A program made the translations under genes and the position numbers. A stretch of 49,490 nt of DNA from an uncultured Microbacterium sp. (GTDB lineage Bacteria; Actinomycetota; Actinomycetes; Actinomycetales; Microbacteriaceae): positions 1 to 49,490 of the forward strand of contig CAYZEL010000001.1 of NCBI GenBank assembly GCA_964477515.1, in the 5' to 3' direction. Positions 1-11,428 of this stretch are shown piece after piece (the first letter of the stretch is position 1; each line of letters begins with the position of its first letter). The notes beneath the pieces were generated by a model. The model saw only the letters and a list, made by a program, of their open reading frames with translations. It did not search any database and was not told the origin of the DNA.

Positions 1-535
1 GGCGACCCGGGTCGGGCGCGTCGAGCACCGCTATATGGGGCTTCAGGAGCTCGAGCGGCCGGATCTCGTGACGCTTCTTCTCGCCGCCCGAGAAGCCCTC
101 GTTGACGTTGCGCTCGGCGAACTTCGCGTCCATCCGCAGGTTCTTCATGGACACACGGATGTCCTTGACCCAGTTGCGAATCGAGGGCGCCTCGCCGTCG
201 ATCGCGGTCTTGGCTGTGCGCAGGAAGTTGCTGACGGTGACACCGGGGATCTCGACCGGGTACTGCATAGCGAGGAACAGGCCCGCCCGCGCCCGCTCGT
301 CGACGGTCATCGCGAGGACGTCCTCGCCGTCGAGCGTGATCGACCCGGAGGTGACGGTGTACTTCGGGTGACCGGCGATCGTGTAGGCCAGGGTCGATTT
401 GCCGGAGCCGTTGGGGCCCATGATCGCGTGGGTCTCGCCCGTGCGGATGGTGAGGGTGACGCCGTTCAGAATGGGCGTGACGCCGGCATCCGTGTCGACG
501 GTGACGTGCAGGTCGCGAACTTCGAGGACAGACAT
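1..535 (-). CDS. sufC: Fe-S cluster assembly ATPase SufC (runs off the window edge)
   Basis: Manual minus-strand translation from ATG 535: MSVLEVRDLHVTVDT...HAIMGPNGSGKSTLAYTIAGHPKY (Walker A); follows sufB-sufD-ferredoxin. Confidence 0.95.
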   Translation of the reverse strand, partial: MSVLEVRDLHVTVDTDAGVTPILNGVTLTIRTGETHAIMGPNGSGKSTLAYTIAGHPKYTVTSGSITLDGEDVLAMTVDERARAGLFLAMQYPVEIPGVTVSNFLRTAKTAIDGEAPSIRNWVKDIRVSMKNLRMDAKFAERNVNEGFSGGEKKRHEIRPLELLKPHIAVLDAPDPGR

Positions 536-563
536 GTGAAGGGTTCCTAACGGACTCGGCCGG

Positions 564-890
564 TCAGACGGCCACGGTGGAAGCGGGATCGATGAGGACG
601 TCGTCACCGTCGATCTGGACGACGAAGACGGGTACCGGCTCGTACGCCGGAAGGTTGAGGGGACGGCCGGTGCGCAGCGAGAAGGCCGAGCCGTGCGCCC
701 AGCACTCGAGCGTCTCGCCCTCGACGAAACCGTCCGAGAGCGAGATGTCTCCGTGTGTGCAGACATCGCCGATCGCGTGGACTTCTCCGTTGCCGTCGAG
801 CACGACGGCTATTGCGACGCCGTCCAGCTCGACGCGCCTGGCCGTGTCCTGCTCGAGTTCGCTCAGGGCACAGGCGCGCTGCAGGGTCAC
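564..890 (-). CDS. Rieske [2Fe-2S] ferredoxin of the suf operon
   Basis: C-terminal part of ORF 564..1505; DVCTHG...ECWAHGS Rieske motifs; GTG start overlaps the sufD stop (GTGA). Confidence 0.92.
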   Translation of the reverse strand: MTLQRACALSELEQDTARRVELDGVAIAVVLDGNGEVHAIGDVCTHGDISLSDGFVEGETLECWAHGSAFSLRTGRPLNLPAYEPVPVFVVQIDGDDVLIDPASTVAV

Positions 891-2089
891 GCGACTCCCT
901 CGGCGAGCTCCGCCTCGATCGCGGCCGTGAGCTCTTCTTCCAGAGCAGGGACACCGAGCTTCTGGACGATCTCGGCGAGGAATCCGATCACGACGAGGCG
1001 ACGCGCCTCGTCCTCGCTGATGCCACGGGCCTGCAGGTAGAAGAGCTGCTCGTCGTCGAAACGTCCGGTAGCGCTCGCATGGCCAGCGCCCTGGATGTCT
1101 CCGGTCTCGATCTCGAGGTTCGGGATCGAGTCGGCGCGGGCGCCCTCGGTGAGCACCAGGTTGCGGTTGGCCTCGTAGGAATCGGTGCCCGTGGCATCCG
1201 GTCCGATCAGCACGTCGCCGATCCAGACGGAACGAGCCCCGACGCCCTGCAGCGCGCCCTTGTAGAGCACGTCGGCGCGCGTCTGCGGTCCGCGATGGTG
1301 GACGTAGACCTGGCTCTCGAGGTGCTGGCCGGCGTCGGCGAACGACAGACCGTACACCTCGCCCTCGGAGCCGGAGCCCGCGAGGTCGACCGAGGGGTTG
1401 ACGCGCACGACGCCTCCGCCGAAGCTGACGACCGAATGCCGCAGGATTCCGTCGCGCTCGACGCGCGCCTGGTGAGCCGCGGCGTGCACGGCATCGTCGT
1501 CCCAACGGTGCACCGACACGACGTTCAGCCGAGCACCCTGGCGCACGATGATCTCGACGTTCTGAGCGAACGCCGCGGAACCCTCGTGGCGCAGGATGAC
1601 GGTCGCGCTCGAATTCTCGCGGGCCTCGATCACGATGTGGGCGTGGGCGCGCAGGCCCGCTCCCGCGCCCGTGAACGTCACGACGACGGGCTCGGCGAGC
1701 TCGTCGTTCGCGGGCACGGCGAGGTACAGGGCTTCGGCGGCGCGCGACCAGGCGATGGCGCTCGGCAGATCCTCGGGCTCGAAGACCTCACCGCGCGGCG
1801 CCTGACCGATCGTCAGTCCTGCGGCCGCGAGCGGTCCCGTGACGGTGATCCCCACGGCGCCGTCGTCGCCCGCGACATCGTCGAAGAGCGGCGCCAGGCG
1901 CGCGACGGGCGTGTGCTTCCAGTTGACCTCGCGGCCCGTGGGGCGGGCGAAGTCTGCGGGAGCGAACGAACGGGGGCGCGCGGAGCGCGTCTGGACGGGG
2001 ATGGTGCGCGCAGTCTTCTGCCCCCATCCTCCGTCGGTGTGGGGCACGTTTCCGGGCACCTGGCGGGGGGTGGTCGTTGTCGTCGTCAC
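887..2089 (-). CDS. sufD: Fe-S cluster assembly protein SufD
   Basis: YKGALQG, ADSIPNLEI, GHASATGRFDDEQLFYLQARGI; GAAAGGA RBS; downstream of sufB. Confidence 0.95.
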   Translation of the reverse strand: MTTTTTTPRQVPGNVPHTDGGWGQKTARTIPVQTRSARPRSFAPADFARPTGREVNWKHTPVARLAPLFDDVAGDDGAVGITVTGPLAAAGLTIGQAPRGEVFEPEDLPSAIAWSRAAEALYLAVPANDELAEPVVVTFTGAGAGLRAHAHIVIEARENSSATVILRHEGSAAFAQNVEIIVRQGARLNVVSVHRWDDDAVHAAAHQARVERDGILRHSVVSFGGGVVRVNPSVDLAGSGSEGEVYGLSFADAGQHLESQVYVHHRGPQTRADVLYKGALQGVGARSVWIGDVLIGPDATGTDSYEANRNLVLTEGARADSIPNLEIETGDIQGAGHASATGRFDDEQLFYLQARGISEDEARRLVVIGFLAEIVQKLGVPALEEELTAAIEAELAEGVA

Positions 2090-2123
2090 GCTCCGACTCG
2101 TCCTTTCGTCGTCGGTCGAAGAA

Positions 2124-3542
2124 TCATCCGACGCTTCCTTCCATGCCCATCTCGATCAGCTTGTTCAGCTCGAGGGCGTACTCCATGGGCAGTTCGCGCG
2201 CGATCGGCTCGATGAATCCGCGGACGATCATCGCCATCGCCTCGTCCTCGGCCATACCCCGGGACTGCAGGTAGAACAGCTGCTCTTCGCTGACCTTCGA
2301 GACGGTCGCCTCGTGGCCCAGCTGCACGTCGTCCACGCGGATGTCGATGGCCGGATAGGTGTCGCTGCGCGAGATCGTATCGATCAGCAGGGCGTCGCAT
2401 CGGACCGTGTTGGCCGAGTGGTGCGCATTCGCGTCGACACGGACCTCGCCGCGGTATCCCGCGCGTCCGCCGCCACGAGCGATCGACTTCGAGACGATCG
2501 AGGACTGCGTGTACGGAGCCATGTGGATCATCTTGGCGCCGGCGTCCTGGTGCTGGCCGGGACCGGCGAAAGCGACCGACAGCGTCTCGCCCTTGGCATG
2601 CTCGCCCATCAGATAGACAGCCGGGTACTTCATGGTCACCTTGGAACCGATGTTGCCGTCGATCCACTCCATCGTCGCCCCCTCGTGCGCGACCGCGCGC
2701 TTGGTGACGAGGTTGTAGACGTTGTTCGACCAGTTCTGGATCGTCGTGTACCGAACGCGGGCGTTCTTCTTCACGATGATCTCGACGACGGCCGAGTGCA
2801 GCGAATCGCTCTTGTAGATCGGCGCCGTGCAGCCCTCGATGTAGTGGATGTAGCTTCCCTCGTCCGCGATGATCAGGGTCCGCTCGAACTGGCCCATGTT
2901 CTCGGTGTTGATCCGGAAGTAGGCCTGCAGCGGGATCTCGACGTGCACGCCCTTCGGGACGTAGACGAACGATCCGCCCGACCACACGGCGGTGTTGAGC
3001 GCCGCGAACTTGTTGTCGCCGGACGGGATGACCGTGCCGAAGTACTCCTCGAAGATCTCGGGGTGCTCACGGAGCGCGGTGTCGGTGTCCATGAAGATGA
3101 CGCCCTGCGCCTCGAGGTCCTCGCGGATCTGGTGGTACACGACCTCGGACTCGTACTGCGCCGCGACACCCGAGACGAGGCGCTGACGCTCGGCCTCGGG
3201 GATTCCCAGGCGCTCATACGTGTTGCGGATGTCTTCCGGGAGGTCTTCCCAGGACTGCGCCTGCTTCTCGGTCGATCGCACGAAGTACTTGATGTTGTCG
3301 AAGTCGATCTCGCTGAGGTCAGCACCGAACGTCGGCATGGGCTTGCGGCCGAAGAGCTCGAGCGCTTTCAGACGGCGCTGCAGCATCCATTCGGGTTCGG
3401 CCTTCAGGGCCGAGATGTCACGCACCGTCGCTTCGCTGAGGCCGCGCTTGGCGGCGGCCCCCGCAGCGTCGGGATCGTGCCAGCCGAACTCGTAGACTCC
3501 GAGCCCCGCCAGTTCGGGGCGATCGATCAGGACGTCAGACAT
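2124..3542 (-). CDS. sufB: Fe-S cluster assembly protein SufB
   Basis: [47 protein letters not shown]; AGGAG RBS upstream. Confidence 0.97.
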   Translation of the reverse strand: MSDVLIDRPELAGLGVYEFGWHDPDAAGAAAKRGLSEATVRDISALKAEPEWMLQRRLKALELFGRKPMPTFGADLSEIDFDNIKYFVRSTEKQAQSWEDLPEDIRNTYERLGIPEAERQRLVSGVAAQYESEVVYHQIREDLEAQGVIFMDTDTALREHPEIFEEYFGTVIPSGDNKFAALNTAVWSGGSFVYVPKGVHVEIPLQAYFRINTENMGQFERTLIIADEGSYIHYIEGCTAPIYKSDSLHSAVVEIIVKKNARVRYTTIQNWSNNVYNLVTKRAVAHEGATMEWIDGNIGSKVTMKYPAVYLMGEHAKGETLSVAFAGPGQHQDAGAKMIHMAPYTQSSIVSKSIARGGGRAGYRGEVRVDANAHHSANTVRCDALLIDTISRSDTYPAIDIRVDDVQLGHEATVSKVSEEQLFYLQSRGMAEDEAMAMIVRGFIEPIARELPMEYALELNKLIEMGMEGSVG

Positions 3543-3715
3543 GGTCACACTCTCCTCTTGGCCGCAACGGTTTCATCCGCCCCGGCGATCCATTCGTTCT
3601 CTGTGTGCGAGAACGGGGTCCGCCGTTTCCGGGCCAGGCTCAGGGGCACACGGTTCGCGCGCCTAAACTGTTGGCAGTGCGTCGAGTGCTTTCGCACGCG
3701 CACCGCAACCCCTCG

Positions 3716-3737
3716 ATTCTACAGGGTCGCCCCGACA
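3716..3737 (-). promoter_or_regulatory. RecA-NDp/PafBC-type promoter pointing at sufB
   Basis: Minus strand tTGTCGG-ggcgaccctg(10 nt)-TAGAAT, same geometry as the uvrA and uvrB promoters in this window. Confidence 0.5.
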
Positions 3738-3775
3738 AGCGGGCCGACCACCGCCCGCGCCCGACCCGACGCGGC

Positions 3776-4756
3776 ATGCCTCAGGAGGCGATCCGTTTGT
3801 CGCAAGAACCCGGTCTCGCGCAGAGACTCTGGCGGATGCTCCCCGACACCGTCGATCGGCGCGTCGTCGTCGCCGCCTGGGCGACGTTCGTCGTACAGGT
3901 CGCGATCGTGGGCACCGGCGGTCTGGTCCGTCTGACCGCTTCGGGACTGGGATGCCCCACCTGGCCGCGCTGCACGCCCGAGTCCTTCGTGAACACTCCC
4001 GAGATGGGTTTCCACGGGATCATCGAGTTCGGGAACCGTCTGCTGACGTTCGTGCTCGTGGCGGTCGCGATCGTCACGTTCCTGTTCGTCGTTCGGATGC
4101 GTCGCGCCCGACCCGACCTGTTCTGGCTCGCGCTGATCATCGGTCTGTACGTGCCGGTCCAGGCGGTCATCGGCGGAATCACGGTGCTGACGAACCTCAA
4201 CCCCTACGTCGTGGGCCTCCACTTCTTCGCGTCGGTCGTGCTGGTCGCCTTCGCGACCGTGTTCGTCGTTCGCGTGTATTCGATGCCCGGTCGACGCGTT
4301 CTCGTCGTGCCTCGCGGGCTCGCGATCCTCGCCCACCTGACCTCGGTTGTCGTGCTCGTCACGGTGCTGGTCGGGATCGTGGTCACCGGCGCCGGTCCGC
4401 ACGCCGGCGACGCGGGTGCGGCGCGCAACGGACTCGACCCGGAGCTCATGCAGCACCTGCACTCGTGGCCGGCGTATGCGACCCTCGCGCTCACCCTGCT
4501 CTTGCTGGTGGGCAGCTGGCGGCTTCCGCTGCGGCGCTGGGTTCTGATGTTGCTGGCCGTCGAAGTCGTGCAGATCGCCGTCGGCCTGTGGCAGGCACGA
4601 ACCGGCCTTCCGGTCGCGCTGGTGAACATCCACATGGTGCTGGCGGTGCTGCTGGTGGCGGCCATGACCGCGGTCATCATGCACGTGAAGGTGGCGAGCG
4701 GAGCAGGGATCTCATCCGACGAGGCCGCGCCCGTGATGTCCGCATCCGCTCGTTAG
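3776..4756 (+). CDS. ctaA: Heme A synthase (COX15/CtaA family)
   Basis: GGLVRLTASGLGCPTWPRC, IEFGNR, QAVIGGITV, GLHF; about 8 hydrophobic segments; start codon uncertain. Confidence 0.9.
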   Translation: MPQEAIRLSQEPGLAQRLWRMLPDTVDRRVVVAAWATFVVQVAIVGTGGLVRLTASGLGCPTWPRCTPESFVNTPEMGFHGIIEFGNRLLTFVLVAVAIVTFLFVVRMRRARPDLFWLALIIGLYVPVQAVIGGITVLTNLNPYVVGLHFFASVVLVAFATVFVVRVYSMPGRRVLVVPRGLAILAHLTSVVVLVTVLVGIVVTGAGPHAGDAGAARNGLDPELMQHLHSWPAYATLALTLLLLVGSWRLPLRRWVLMLLAVEVVQIAVGLWQARTGLPVALVNIHMVLAVLLVAAMTAVIMHVKVASGAGISSDEAAPVMSASAR

Positions 4757-4887
4757 GGCCGCGCGTTCGCCGCAGACCCGGGTCGCACGCACAGCGAACG
4801 CATAGGCTTCGGATAGGTCCCGCACGACCGAGCCCGGAATAGTCTCCCCCGCGGCTCCCTACGCCGTGCCTCGAACAAGGAGAACTT

Positions 4888-5328
4888 ATGACCGCCCGTC
4901 CCCGCCTCGTACGCAGCGTTCCCTATTGGGCCCTCGTCGTCGGCTCCGTAGCAGCCGGCGGTGTCGGTCTGTGGCTCACCCTCGACAAGCTCGGCGTCAT
5001 GACCGCCTCGATCCTCGACGGCAGCGCCACCGGCGTCGAGGTCTACGCGGGTCAGTCGTGGGCCGTTCTCGGATCCGTCCTGATCGGCGCGGGCCTGATC
5101 GGCCTCGCGCTCGCCCTGACGCTCGCCGTCGCCGCATCGCTGGCCAAGCGTGATGAGCCCGTCGTGATCGTCGCGGACACGCTCGACGACGAGATCGACG
5201 AGATCGACGAGGTCGCGCCCAGCTCGACGGGAACCGTCGTGGTCGACGATGTGACCGCCGATGAGGCTGCCGTGCAGGCCGACCTGGGCACCGCGCCGGG
5301 CGAACAGGGCACCCCGCTCAAGAGCTGA
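4888..5328 (+). CDS. Hypothetical membrane protein (2 TM segments plus acidic tail)
   Basis: AAGGAG RBS; GC3-rich codons; two hydrophobic segments followed by DTLDDEIDEIDE. Confidence 0.8.
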   Translation: MTARPRLVRSVPYWALVVGSVAAGGVGLWLTLDKLGVMTASILDGSATGVEVYAGQSWAVLGSVLIGAGLIGLALALTLAVAASLAKRDEPVVIVADTLDDEIDEIDEVAPSSTGTVVVDDVTADEAAVQADLGTAPGEQGTPLKS

Positions 5329-5348
5329 GCACGGACGCGCTGAGCGTC

Positions 5349-5400
5349 CAACGTCCGATCGCCGGGACTTTGAGCATTCAGCCCCGGCGATCGGGCGTTG
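5349..5400. terminator. Bidirectional stem-loop between convergent genes
   Basis: caacgtccgatcgccggg...cccggcgatcgggcgttg inverted repeat. Confidence 0.7.
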
Positions 5401-5403
5401 CGG

Positions 5404-6339
5404 CTAGAACGGGAGCAGCGGGTCGACCGCGATCGCGACGAAAAGCAACGTCAGGTACGTGATGGACGCGTGGAACACACGCATCGGCGCGGGCTCGGTG
5501 CCGCGCACCGCACGGTTGTAGAGGCGGTGCGACTCGTAGATGAACCATCCGCCGAACACGAGCGCGGACGCCGTGTAGACGATCCCCATGTTCGCAACGG
5601 GGATGAGCAGCAGCGAGCACGCAACCGTCGCCCAGGCGTACAGGATGACCTGGAGTCCCACCTGAGCCCCGCTGCGGGTGGCGCCGAGCATCGGCACATC
5701 CACGTTGTCGTACTGGGCCTTGTACTTCATCGACAGCGGCCAATAGTGCGGCGGCGTCCAGAGGAAGACGAGCGCGAACAGGATGAGCGCGGTCCAGCTC
5801 AGCGACCCGGTGACGGCCGACCAGCCGATCACGACGGGGAAGCACCCGGCGATCCCACCCCAGACGATGTTCTGCTCGGTGCGCCGCTTGAGGATCATCG
5901 TGTAGATCACGACGTAGAAGAAGATGGCCGTCGCCGACAGGATCGCGGCCAGGGCGTTGGTCGTCGCCCAGAGCCAGAGCGTCGAGAACACCGCGAGCGA
6001 CCAGGCGAAGACGAGAGCGCCGCGCGGCGAGACCTCGCCCGTCACGAGCGGCCGATTCTCGGTGCGCTGCATGTGAGCGTCGATGTCGCGATCCAGGTAC
6101 ATGTTGAACGCCGCGGCGGATCCGGCACTCAGCGAACCGCCGATCACCGTGGCGAGAACGAGCCACAGGTTGGGCAGCCCGTTCTGGGCCAGGATCATCA
6201 CCGGAACGGTCGTGACGAGCAGCAGTTCGAGCACGCGGGGCTTCGTCAGAGCGACGTAGGCGCGCAGCGTGCGACCGAAGGACCGCGGAACCGCGGGTGC
6301 GTCGGATGCCCGGATGTCAGGCGTCGTCGTGATGTCCAT
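5404..6339 (-). CDS. ctaB: Heme O synthase (protoheme IX farnesyltransferase)
   Basis: [49 protein letters not shown]. Confidence 0.95.
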   Translation of the reverse strand: MDITTTPDIRASDAPAVPRSFGRTLRAYVALTKPRVLELLLVTTVPVMILAQNGLPNLWLVLATVIGGSLSAGSAAAFNMYLDRDIDAHMQRTENRPLVTGEVSPRGALVFAWSLAVFSTLWLWATTNALAAILSATAIFFYVVIYTMILKRRTEQNIVWGGIAGCFPVVIGWSAVTGSLSWTALILFALVFLWTPPHYWPLSMKYKAQYDNVDVPMLGATRSGAQVGLQVILYAWATVACSLLLIPVANMGIVYTASALVFGGWFIYESHRLYNRAVRGTEPAPMRVFHASITYLTLLFVAIAVDPLLPF

Positions 6340-6580
6340 CGCTCCCCGCTCGGCGCTCGCAAATACGCCTCGAGTCTATGGCATCGTCGCGGCGCGCCTC
6401 CCCGTGGGGCGGCACGGCGAACCAGCGTCTCGCACGAGCCGCCGCGCGGGGATGCCCCTTCGCTATGCTGGAAGCACATGACATGCGCCCTCGCGCCCTC
6501 CCCCGTGAACACCCCCGAAAAACGATTCGGCGTGTGCTCGAGTGGCGGCTCAGGCGCTCTCTAAGACGAAGGGCGGTCCG

Positions 6581-8677
6581 GTGTCGGAACTGCGTTGGGA
6601 CGAGATCGACGAGCAGGCCGTGGACACCGTCCGCGTCCTCGCGGCAGATGCGGTCGAGAAGGTGGGCAACGGTCATCCCGGAACCGCGATGAGCCTCGCC
6701 CCCGCGGCGTATCTCCTCTACCAGCGTGTGATGCGACACGACCCGGCCGACCCGCACTGGCTCGGGCGCGACCGTTTCATCCTCTCCGTGGGGCATTCGT
6801 CCCTCACGCAGTACATCCAGCTCTACCTGGGCGGCTTCGGCCTCGAACTCGAAGACCTCGAGGCCCTGCGCACCTGGGGTTCGAAGACCCCCGGGCACCC
6901 CGAGTTCGGCCACACCGATGGCGTCGAGATCACGACCGGCCCGCTCGGCCAGGGCCTCGCCTCTGCCGTCGGCTTCGCATACGCTGCCCGGTACGAGCGC
7001 GGGCTGTTCGACCCGGACACCACGGCCGGAAGCTCACCCTTCGACCACTTCGTGTACGTCATCGCCGGCGATGGCGACCTGCAGGAGGGCGTCACGAGCG
7101 AGGCATCCTCTCTCGCCGGCCACCAGGAGCTCGGCAACCTCATCGCCATCTACGACTCGAACCAGATCTCGATCGAGGACGACACGAACGTCGCGTTCAC
7201 CGAGGACGTCGCGAAGCGCTACGAGGCCTACGGCTGGCAGGTGCTGACGGTCGACTGGAAGAAGACGGGTCAGTACGTCGAGGACGTCGCCGAGCTGTAC
7301 GCCGCGATCGAGGAAGCCAAGGGCGAGACCAGCAAGCCCTCGCTCATCATCCTCAAGACGATCATCGGCTGGCCGTCGCCCGGCAAGCAGAACAGCGGCA
7401 AGATCCACGGCTCGGCGCTCGGCGCCGACGAACTGGCGGCCACGAAGAAGGTGCTCGGATTCGACCCCGAGAAGAACTTCGTGGTCGACGACGCGGTCAT
7501 CGCCCACACCCGCGGACTCCGTGACAGAGGGGCCGCAGCGCACGCCGAATGGCAGACCGCGTTCGATGCCTGGTCCGCCGCGAACCCCGACCGCAAGGCG
7601 CTGCTCGATCGTCTTCAGGCGCGCGAACTGCCCGCCGACATCGCAGACGCGCTGCCCGCTTTCGAGGCCGGCAAAGAGGTCTCGACGCGCGCCGCATCGG
7701 GTCTCGTGATCAACGCCCTCGCCGAGAAGCTTCCCGAGCTCTGGGGCGGTTCGGCCGACCTGGCGGAGTCGAACCTCACCACCATCAAGAACGCGAAGTC
7801 CTTCATCCCCGCCGAATGGTCCACTCACGAGTGGACCGGATCCCCGTACGGCCGCGTGCTGCACTTCGGTATCCGCGAGCACGCGATGGGCGCGATCATC
7901 AACGGCATCGTGCTGCACGGCCCGACGCGCCCGTTCGGCGGTACGTTCCTGATCTTCAGCGACTACATGCGCCCGCCGGTGCGTCTTGCCGCGCTGATGA
8001 ACGTCCCGTCGCTGTTCGTCTGGACGCACGACTCCGTCGCGCTCGGCGAGGACGGCCCGACCCACCAGCCGATCGAGCAGATCGCGACGCTGCGGGCGAT
8101 CCCCAACTTCGCGCTCGTACGCCCGGCCGATGCCAACGAGACGGCCGTCGTCTGGCTCGAACTGCTGCGTCGTCACGCCGGCCCCGCCGGTATCGCTCTG
8201 ACACGTCAGAACATCCCGGTGTTCGAGCGAGGCACGGGTGAAGCATCCGGCGACACGTTCGCATCGGCCGAGCTGGCCACGCGCGGCGCGTACGTCCTGG
8301 CGGAGGCGCCCAACGGCACGCCCGACGTGATCCTGATCGCCACGGGGTCCGAGGTGCAGCTCGCCGTGGCCGCACGAGAGACCCTGGCCGCCGAAGGCGT
8401 CAACGCACGCGTCGTCTCGGCCCCGTCGCTCGAATGGTTCGACGAGCAGGACGCGGAGTATCGAGAGAGCGTCCTGCCGGCATCCGTAACCGCACGCGTG
8501 TCGGTCGAGGCCGGCATCTCCCTGCCCTGGCGTGCCCTCGTGGGCGACCGTGGTCGCTCGGTATCGATCGAGCACTTCGGCGCGTCCGCCGACTACAAGA
8601 CCCTGTTCCAGAAATTCGGCATCACCGCCGAGGCCGTCGTGGAAGCGGCGCGCGAGACTCTCAAGGAGAACGCATGA
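6581..8677 (+). CDS. tkt: Transketolase
   Basis: [34 protein letters not shown] motif, [18 protein letters not shown]. Confidence 0.97.
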   Translation: MSELRWDEIDEQAVDTVRVLAADAVEKVGNGHPGTAMSLAPAAYLLYQRVMRHDPADPHWLGRDRFILSVGHSSLTQYIQLYLGGFGLELEDLEALRTWGSKTPGHPEFGHTDGVEITTGPLGQGLASAVGFAYAARYERGLFDPDTTAGSSPFDHFVYVIAGDGDLQEGVTSEASSLAGHQELGNLIAIYDSNQISIEDDTNVAFTEDVAKRYEAYGWQVLTVDWKKTGQYVEDVAELYAAIEEAKGETSKPSLIILKTIIGWPSPGKQNSGKIHGSALGADELAATKKVLGFDPEKNFVVDDAVIAHTRGLRDRGAAAHAEWQTAFDAWSAANPDRKALLDRLQARELPADIADALPAFEAGKEVSTRAASGLVINALAEKLPELWGGSADLAESNLTTIKNAKSFIPAEWSTHEWTGSPYGRVLHFGIREHAMGAIINGIVLHGPTRPFGGTFLIFSDYMRPPVRLAALMNVPSLFVWTHDSVALGEDGPTHQPIEQIATLRAIPNFALVRPADANETAVVWLELLRRHAGPAGIALTRQNIPVFERGTGEASGDTFASAELATRGAYVLAEAPNGTPDVILIATGSEVQLAVAARETLAAEGVNARVVSAPSLEWFDEQDAEYRESVLPASVTARVSVEAGISLPWRALVGDRGRSVSIEHFGASADYKTLFQKFGITAEAVVEAARETLKENA

Positions 8678-9792
8678 CCACCCCCACCGCAGACCTCTCG
8701 GCCGCGGGCGTCAGCATCTGGCTCGACGACCTGTCCCGCCAGCGCATCACGACCGGCAACCTGCAGGAGCTCATCGACACGCGAAACGTCGTCGGCGTGA
8801 CGACGAACCCGACGATCTTCCAGGGTGCGATCTCGGCCGGGATCGGCTACGAAGAGGCGATCGACGCGCAGCGCGCAGCCGGTGCCACCGCAGACGAGAC
8901 GATCTTCTCGCTGACGACGACCGACGTACGCGACGCGTGCGATGTCTTCCGTCCGATCTTCGACGCCACGAATGGCGTCGACGGCCGCGTCTCGATCGAG
9001 GTGTCCCCCGACCTGGCACACGACACCGACGCGACGATCGCGCAGGCCAAGGAGCTGTCGGCCGCGGTCGACCGCCCCAACGCGCTCATCAAGATCCCCG
9101 CGACGAAGGCCGGGCTTCCGGCCATCACCGAGGTCATCGGGTCGGGCATCTCGGTCAATGTGACGCTCATCTTCAGCCTCGAGCGCTACGCCGACGTGAT
9201 CGACGCGTACCTCACCGGGCTCGAGAAGGCCCGGGCGGCCGGGATCGACCTCGCGTCGATCGAGTCCGTCGCCTCGTTCTTCGTCTCGCGTGTGGACACC
9301 GAGGTCGACAAGCGCCTCGGCGCCATCGGAACGGACGAGGCGCTCGCCCTCAAGTCGAAGGCCGGTATCGCCAATGCCCGCCTCGCCTTCGAGTTGTACG
9401 AGCAGAAGTTCTCATCGGACCGCGCCACGGCCCTGCTCGATGCCGGAGCGCACGCGCAGCGTCCCCTGTGGGCCTCGACCGGCGTCAAGGACCCGGCGCT
9501 ACCCGACACGCTCTACGTCACGGAGCTCGTCGCCCCGGGAACCGTCAATACGATGCCGGAGAAGACGCTGCAGGCGACCTTCGACCACGGTGTCGTCACC
9601 GGCGACACGATCACGACCAACTACGCCGACGCGCACGCCGTGATCGACGCACTGGCGACGGTCGGCATCGACATCGACGACGTCACCCAGGTCCTCGAGG
9701 ACGAGGGCGTCGAGAAGTTCATCGCCTCGTGGCACGACCTGCAGGAGACCGTCGCGAAGGCGCTGGCCGGAGCACCGGAGTCGGCCCGATGA
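8674..9792 (+). CDS. tal: Transaldolase
   Basis: [44 protein letters not shown]; ATGA overlap with tkt. Confidence 0.96.
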   Translation: MTTPTADLSAAGVSIWLDDLSRQRITTGNLQELIDTRNVVGVTTNPTIFQGAISAGIGYEEAIDAQRAAGATADETIFSLTTTDVRDACDVFRPIFDATNGVDGRVSIEVSPDLAHDTDATIAQAKELSAAVDRPNALIKIPATKAGLPAITEVIGSGISVNVTLIFSLERYADVIDAYLTGLEKARAAGIDLASIESVASFFVSRVDTEVDKRLGAIGTDEALALKSKAGIANARLAFELYEQKFSSDRATALLDAGAHAQRPLWASTGVKDPALPDTLYVTELVAPGTVNTMPEKTLQATFDHGVVTGDTITTNYADAHAVIDALATVGIDIDDVTQVLEDEGVEKFIASWHDLQETVAKALAGAPESAR

Positions 9793-11408
9793 GCTTCGAG
9801 ATCCACGTCTCGGGGGCCCCGAAAGAGGCCGCCGAGCGCGTCGTACCGACCCTCGTCGCCGACCTCGTCGCCTCGGGGATCACGAGCGGCGACGCGAGCC
9901 TGTGGGGTCCGGCCGCCGAGGCCGAGGCCTCCAAGCGTCTCGGATGGGTGCAGGCCGTCACGGTGTCGCGTCCCCTCGTCACGGAGATCGAGGCGCTCCG
10001 CGCAGACCTCCTGGCGCGCGGAGTCGACCGCTTCGTGCTCGCGGGAATGGGCGGCTCGTCGCTCGCTCCCGAGGTCATCACCCAGACGTCCGGTGTACCC
10101 CTCGTCATCCTCGACTCGACGGCACCCGGCCAGGTGCTCGCGGCGCTCGACGGCGATTCCGAGACCGGTGGCCTCGACCGCACCGCGCTGATCGTGTCGT
10201 CGAAGTCCGGCTCGACCGTCGAGACGGACTCTGCCCGCCGCACGTTCGAGGCCGCCTTCCGCGACCTCGGGATCGACCCCGCCGAACGCATCGTCGTCGT
10301 GACCGACCCGGGATCGCCGCTGGACGCCTCGGCTCGGGCCGCCGGCTACCGCGTCTTCAACGCCGACCCCACCGTGGGTGGGCGTTACTCCGCCCTCACC
10401 GCGTTCGGTCTCGTGCCCTCGGGCCTCGCCGGTGTGGACATCGGCGAGTTGCTCGACGAGGCGGATGCGACACTCCTCGAGGTCGCGATCGACAGCCCCG
10501 AGAACCCCGCACTGGTTCTCGCGGCCGCGATCGCGGGCACGAACCCCCGCCGGGACAAGATGGGCCTGATCAGCGACGGCACCCACATCGTGGGGCTCCC
10601 CGACTGGATCGAGCAGCTCGTCGCCGAGTCGACCGGCAAGCAGGGCACGGGAATCCTGCCCGTCGTGCTCCTGCCCGTGTCGCCCGAGCTGGACGAGGAC
10701 CTGCCCGACCTGCAGATCGTGCGTCTCGTCGACGACGCCCAGCACTTCCACCTGTTCGAGCGTCACCCGGGCGAGGTTCTCGTCAGCGGTTCGCTCGGCG
10801 CGCAGTTCATCGTCTGGGAGTACGCGACGGCAATCGCCGGTCGCCTTCTCGGCATCGACCCGTTCGATCAGCCCGATGTCGAATCGGCGAAGATCGCCAC
10901 ACGCGGGCTGCTCGAGGCGCGTCCCGAACCCGCTCCCCCGGCGTTCGTCGTGGACGGCGTCGAGGTTCGTGTCAGCGACCCCGAGCTGGCGGCATCCGGC
11001 ACGATCGCGGGTGTCCTCGACGCTCTGTGGTCGCGCCTTCCCGCCGACGGCTACGTCGCTGTGCAGGCCTATGTCGACCGCCTGTCGATCCCGCAGCTCT
11101 CCGGCCTGCGCGAGCTGGTCGCCGCCGACTCCGGTCGCCCCGCGACATTCGGATGGGGACCCCGCTTCCTCCACTCGACCGGTCAGTTCCACAAGGGTGG
11201 CCCCGCGGTCGGCGTCTTCCTCCAGATCACCGAGCGGACGGATGTCGACCTCGAGATTCCGGGACTCCCCTTCACCTTCGGCCAGCTGATCGAAGCGCAG
11301 GCATCGGGCGACGCGTCCGTGCTCGCCGACCACATGCGACCGGTCGTGACGCTCACGCTCACCGACCCGTCGGTCGAAGTCCTGGCGCTCTTCGAAGCCA
11401 CCCAGTAA
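9789..11408 (+). CDS. pgi: Glucose-6-phosphate isomerase
   Basis: [46 protein letters not shown]; ATGA overlap with tal. Confidence 0.93.
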   Translation: MSFEIHVSGAPKEAAERVVPTLVADLVASGITSGDASLWGPAAEAEASKRLGWVQAVTVSRPLVTEIEALRADLLARGVDRFVLAGMGGSSLAPEVITQTSGVPLVILDSTAPGQVLAALDGDSETGGLDRTALIVSSKSGSTVETDSARRTFEAAFRDLGIDPAERIVVVTDPGSPLDASARAAGYRVFNADPTVGGRYSALTAFGLVPSGLAGVDIGELLDEADATLLEVAIDSPENPALVLAAAIAGTNPRRDKMGLISDGTHIVGLPDWIEQLVAESTGKQGTGILPVVLLPVSPELDEDLPDLQIVRLVDDAQHFHLFERHPGEVLVSGSLGAQFIVWEYATAIAGRLLGIDPFDQPDVESAKIATRGLLEARPEPAPPAFVVDGVEVRVSDPELAASGTIAGVLDALWSRLPADGYVAVQAYVDRLSIPQLSGLRELVAADSGRPATFGWGPRFLHSTGQFHKGGPAVGVFLQITERTDVDLEIPGLPFTFGQLIEAQASGDASVLADHMRPVVTLTLTDPSVEVLALFEATQ

Positions 11409-11428
11409 CACCAGAGAGGCACACCCGT

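Noticed and set aside
564-1505. 313-aa ORF containing the Rieske domain
   Set aside because: The upstream part overlaps sufD in another frame; the real start is GTG 890
4836-4862. GGAAT element upstream of the 4888 gene as an ECF promoter
   Set aside because: No GTT at the 18-nt spacing; a TAGGCT -10 near 4803 is the simpler explanation
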